Source: Bacteroidota bacterium (GTDB lineage Bacteria; Bacteroidota; Ignavibacteria; UBA10030; UBA8401). From it: a stretch of 64,000 bases of DNA. Position 1 is the stretch's first letter, and every line of letters begins with the position of its first letter. This document shows positions 60,925 to 64,000 of the stretch, piece after piece. The stretch covers positions 27,005 through 91,004 of the forward strand of contig WBUG01000004.1 of assembly GCA_008933835.1 (NCBI GenBank). The letters are read 5' to 3'. The position numbers and the translations under genes are program-made. The notes under the pieces are model-generated. The model was not told the origin of the DNA. It did not search any database and saw only the letters and a list, made by a program, of their open reading frames with translations.

Positions 60925-61296
60925 ATGGGAGCGGATATGTTCGCGTACAAACAGCAGTCAGCCGAGACCGAAACGGGCGTGATGACCGGACCGGCGCCGT
61001 CGCTGGCCACCACGAGGTACCGGCGGGAAGACTCGATGAACCTCACTCCGGTGCAGGTCATCCAGCGGCTCTATGACGTCGCCATCATGGCCATCCGGAA
61101 GGACGACCGGGACCTGGCGCGCCGGGCCATCAACGAGCTCATCTCGGCGCTGAACTTCGAGCACCGCGAGGTCGCGCTCGGCCTCTTCAAGCTGTACGAT
61201 TACTCCAAGACGATGCTGCGCCAGGGGAAGAACGACGAAGCGCTCACCGTGCTCCTCGAACTCCGTTCCGCCTGGGTCGAAGCGTTCAAGCTCTGA
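60925..61296 (+). CDS. fliS: Flagellar export chaperone FliS (probable true start at ATG 60937)
   Basis: FliS-like core (LYDVAIMAIRKDDRDLARRAINELISALN...LFKLYDYSKTML...LLELRSAWVEA). Confidence 0.7.
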   Translation: MGADMFAYKQQSAETETGVMTGPAPSLATTRYRREDSMNLTPVQVIQRLYDVAIMAIRKDDRDLARRAINELISALNFEHREVALGLFKLYDYSKTMLRQGKNDEALTVLLELRSAWVEAFKL

Positions 61297-61317
61297 ACCA
61301 TCACAAGGACCGGCACC

Positions 61318-62748
61318 ATGTCATCGGTATCCGACATCTCCACCATCGATCAGCTCGTCGCGCAGTACCGGCTGAGCAAGCGCAAGCCCGCGCAGACGCT
61401 GGAGACCAAGCGGTCCGCCCTCAACATCCGGCTCGCCGTGCTGTCGGACCTCAAGACGAAACTGAAGACGCTGAAGACCACCGCCGAGGGGCTCGCCAAG
61501 ACCGGCACCCTCTCCGCGTTCAATACGTTCACCGTGTCGTCCACGAACTCCTCCATCGTCGCCGGCACCGCCTCCACCACGGCCGACATCGGCACCCACT
61601 CCGTCCGCGTGTCGCGCCTCGCGAAGAACGATACGCTGCTGTCGGACCGGCTCACCGCCGCCGCGACCGGCGTCGCGGACGCCGAAGGAGCCGGCACGAA
61701 GACCTTCCGCATCACCATCAACGGCGAAACGACCGACGTTTCCGTCGACGTGACGGCGGGGGAGACGAACAAGGACCTCCTCTCCAGGATCGCGACGGCC
61801 ATCAACGATTCCGACGCCGGGGTGACCGCCTCGTCGGTGGGGGACACCTCCTCCACGAACCGTCTGGTGCTCATCTCCAAGACCACCGGCGCCTCCCAGG
61901 CGGTCTCCGTGACGGACGTCAGCGGAACCCTGATGGAAAAGCTCGGGTATACGTCGTCCGTCATCTCCGGACGCACCGCCTCCGGCACCGCAACGGCCGG
62001 GTACGCGCAGAGCTCCCTGTCGGACCTGAACGCCGCCATGACCATCGACGGCATCGATGTGGAGAAGGAAAGCAACACCGTCACCGACGTGCTGAAAGGG
62101 GTCACGCTCGAACTGAAGGGACTGCAGACGGCCGCGGACGCGCCGGTCACCGTGTCGGTGGGGGTGAACAAGGACGCCGTCAAGGAGAAGGTGCAGAAGT
62201 TCCTCAACGACTACAACGCCGCGCTGAGCTACCTCACCGCCAAGACGGCCTACGATCCGGTGACGAAGACGCGGGAGGCGCTCTCCGGGGACACGGTCTT
62301 CACCACGCTCCGCTACAACCTCCGGATGACCGTCGCCGCGAAGGTCGAGACGGTGAACGCGGGCTTTCCGTCGCTCCTCTCCGACATCGGCATCACTGCC
62401 GGACGCGACGGTTCGCTCTCCATCACCGACACGGACGCGTTCACCGACGCGCTCGACGGCGGCGTCGCGAAGGTGGAGCAGCTCTTCAACACCTCCGGCG
62501 GCATCGCGAACACGCTCGTCTCGCTCATCGACGGGATGACGAACTCGGCCACCGGCAAGATCGGTGCGGCGAAGGACGCGCTGGACTCCCAGGTGCTGGG
62601 ACTGACCAACCGCATCACCCGGTTCGATGAGACATTGAACCGACACGTGGAGAAGTACCGGAACGATTTCCTGAGGCTCCAGGCGACGTACAATCAGATC
62701 CTGGCGCAGCAACAGACCATCTCGACCATCACGTCGTACTACTATTGA
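61318..62748 (+). CDS. fliD: Flagellar filament cap protein FliD
   Basis: FliD N-terminal (IDQLVAQYRLSKRKP...LNIRLAVLSDLKTKL) and C-terminal coiled-coil regions; 476 aa. Confidence 0.8.
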   Translation: MSSVSDISTIDQLVAQYRLSKRKPAQTLETKRSALNIRLAVLSDLKTKLKTLKTTAEGLAKTGTLSAFNTFTVSSTNSSIVAGTASTTADIGTHSVRVSRLAKNDTLLSDRLTAAATGVADAEGAGTKTFRITINGETTDVSVDVTAGETNKDLLSRIATAINDSDAGVTASSVGDTSSTNRLVLISKTTGASQAVSVTDVSGTLMEKLGYTSSVISGRTASGTATAGYAQSSLSDLNAAMTIDGIDVEKESNTVTDVLKGVTLELKGLQTAADAPVTVSVGVNKDAVKEKVQKFLNDYNAALSYLTAKTAYDPVTKTREALSGDTVFTTLRYNLRMTVAAKVETVNAGFPSLLSDIGITAGRDGSLSITDTDAFTDALDGGVAKVEQLFNTSGGIANTLVSLIDGMTNSATGKIGAAKDALDSQVLGLTNRITRFDETLNRHVEKYRNDFLRLQATYNQILAQQQTISTITSYYY

Positions 62749-62777
62749 ACGGACGGACGGCGGCGGGATATCGCATC

Positions 62778-63110
62778 ATGACGACGAAGATCGAACATAT
62801 CGACACAGCGGTCCAGGCGGTACCCTTCATCCAGGAGCCGGCGCAGGATCAGGAGCGCTCCGCCGCGCTGAAACGTCAGCGCGAGGAGAACCGGAAGCTC
62901 CGCGATGCGGCATCGGAGCTCAACAAGAAGATGGCGGAGGCGCATACGAAGCTGACGTTCGTGGTGGACGAGGAATCGAACAAGGCGATCGTGAAGGTGG
63001 TGGACGCCGAGACCAACAAGGTCATCCGGCAGATCCCTTCCGAGGATTCGGTGCGCGTCGCGAAGAACATCTCACGGATGATGGGGATCCTCTATGACGA
63101 ATCGGTGTGA
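62778..63110 (+). CDS. flaG: FlaG-family flagellar protein
   Basis: FlaG signature LTFVVDEESNKAIVKVVDAETNKVIRQIPSE. Confidence 0.65.
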   Translation: MTTKIEHIDTAVQAVPFIQEPAQDQERSAALKRQREENRKLRDAASELNKKMAEAHTKLTFVVDEESNKAIVKVVDAETNKVIRQIPSEDSVRVAKNISRMMGILYDESV

Positions 63111-63444
63111 AGCGAGGCCGGACGACGCGGTCGTGCCGGCGTTGAACGACCTCATCGGCTCCACGGAGTCGATGATCGCGGCGCTCGACCGTGGGGACTA
63201 TGACGAGCTGACCATGCTCGCCGGGGTCCGGCAGGGACAGGTGGAAGGGCTCGAGCGTCGCCGAACGGCTCCCGGGGGGAGCGCCCGCGGCGGTCCGGAC
63301 GTGCAGGCGGCGGTCGTACGTCTGCAGGAACGCACGGAGGAACTGAAAGACCGGATGCGGGAACGGAGCGCGTCGATCATGTCGGCCATCCAGGCGCTGC
63401 AGAAGCGGCGGTTCTACGATGCCGGCACACAACGAAGGGAGTGA
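63094..63444 (+). CDS. Small hypothetical protein in the flagellar locus (possibly FliT-like)
   Basis: ORF only, in operon context between flaG and flgM; no recognisable motif. Confidence 0.3.
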   Translation: MTNRCEARPDDAVVPALNDLIGSTESMIAALDRGDYDELTMLAGVRQGQVEGLERRRTAPGGSARGGPDVQAAVVRLQERTEELKDRMRERSASIMSAIQALQKRRFYDAGTQRRE

Positions 63445-63448
63445 CACC

Positions 63449-63709
63449 ATGGATGTCCGAAAGATTTCACAGCCGCAGAACGCGTATGATACGGTACGGG
63501 TCCGGAAGGAAAAGGCCGTCGAGGAGAAGCAACGGCGGCGCACCGACGATACGGCGGAACTCTCGCCCGAAGCGGTGAAACTGTTCCAGGCCGAGGAGAA
63601 CCGGAAGATCGACATGGTCACCGAACGGATCCAGACGGGATACTATTTCCGTCAGGAAGTGGTCGAGAAGGTGGCCGACGAACTTCTCCAGCAATTCACC
63701 CATCCGTAA
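63449..63709 (+). CDS. flgM: Anti-sigma-28 factor FlgM
   Basis: About 87 aa; FlgM-like C-terminus RIQTGYYFRQEVVEKVADELL; GGGAG RBS. Confidence 0.6.
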   Translation: MDVRKISQPQNAYDTVRVRKEKAVEEKQRRRTDDTAELSPEAVKLFQAEENRKIDMVTERIQTGYYFRQEVVEKVADELLQQFTHP

Positions 63710-63729
63710 ACTCGAACAGCGGGACCATC

Positions 63730-64000
63730 ATGCTGCACGATCAAGAGGCGCTGGTCCGCGGCGTCCAGATCCATCGTCGCATCAACGACCTGAGCAAGCT
63801 CTGGGCGGACCGGAACATGCCCCAGCAGACCGTCGTTCTCTCGCAGGAGCTTTATTTCGCCCTGCTGGAGTACACGGTGCTGATGAACGAAAGCGCCGTC
63901 AACCGCGACCTGCTGCTGTGGGAACTGTTCCACCGCGACGAACTCTTCTTTGATACCGGCGAACTTCAGCTCCGCGTCCGGGTCGATTTCTTCCTTCCGC
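63730..64000 (+). CDS. 3'-truncated ORF downstream of flgM, possibly an FlgN-like chaperone
   Basis: Open frame from ATG 63730 to the window end; the flgM-flgN gene order is common; weak sequence support. Confidence 0.25.
   Translation, partial: MLHDQEALVRGVQIHRRINDLSKLWADRNMPQQTVVLSQELYFALLEYTVLMNESAVNRDLLLWELFHRDELFFDTGELQLRVRVDFFLP

Noticed and set aside
1-64000. tRNA, rRNA, CRISPR, transposase or integrase genes
   Set aside because: None recognised: no cloverleaf-like conserved T-loop/anticodon stretches in intergenic regions, no IS-type inverted repeats flanking an ORF, no phage-integrase-like ORFs.

Overview
This is a high-GC (~65-68%) window with every supported gene on the + strand. 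Several secreted proteins end in a T9SS C-terminal sorting domain (the ...QNFPNPFNPSTTI... pattern), which together with a full flagellar filament locus suggests a flagellated, high-GC FCB-group bacterium; that phylum call is inference only. Left ~44 kb is a large beta-glucan/glycan utilisation region: GH3 x3, GH16 laminarinase, GH5 x2, GH94 phosphorylase, GH2-like, GH43, DUF3131/GH144-like paralogs, CBM-rich T9SS cargo proteins, a CotH-like protein with a T9SS CTD, a LacI regulator with tandem palindromic operators, a SusC-like TonB-dependent receptor without SusD followed by a giant surface protein and a FadL/PorV-like barrel, an MFS FucP-like symporter and an ABC SBP plus two permeases. Right ~20 kb: two tandem stand-alone HDOD proteins; a nucleotide-sugar cassette (UDP-GlcNAc 2-epimerase, SDR epimerase/dehydratase, WxcM-like cupin, RmlD-like reductase); a 1628-aa fusion protein (SAM-methyltransferase + GT4 + GT2 + TPR) and a second GT2-TPR protein; then five tandem short flagellin paralogs (~273 aa), each with its own promoter (three clear sigma-28 -35/-10 pairs, one sigma-54-like) and terminator-like hairpin, with GGA-loop hairpins in every 5' leader (CsrA-site-like); then fliS, fliD, flaG, a small unknown gene, flgM and a truncated flgN-like gene. 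The most system-like novelty is a putative flagellin glycosylation/modification island fused to a multi-promoter flagellin array, preceded by a paired HDOD module. The long minus-strand ORFs in the track are high-GC antisense artefacts.
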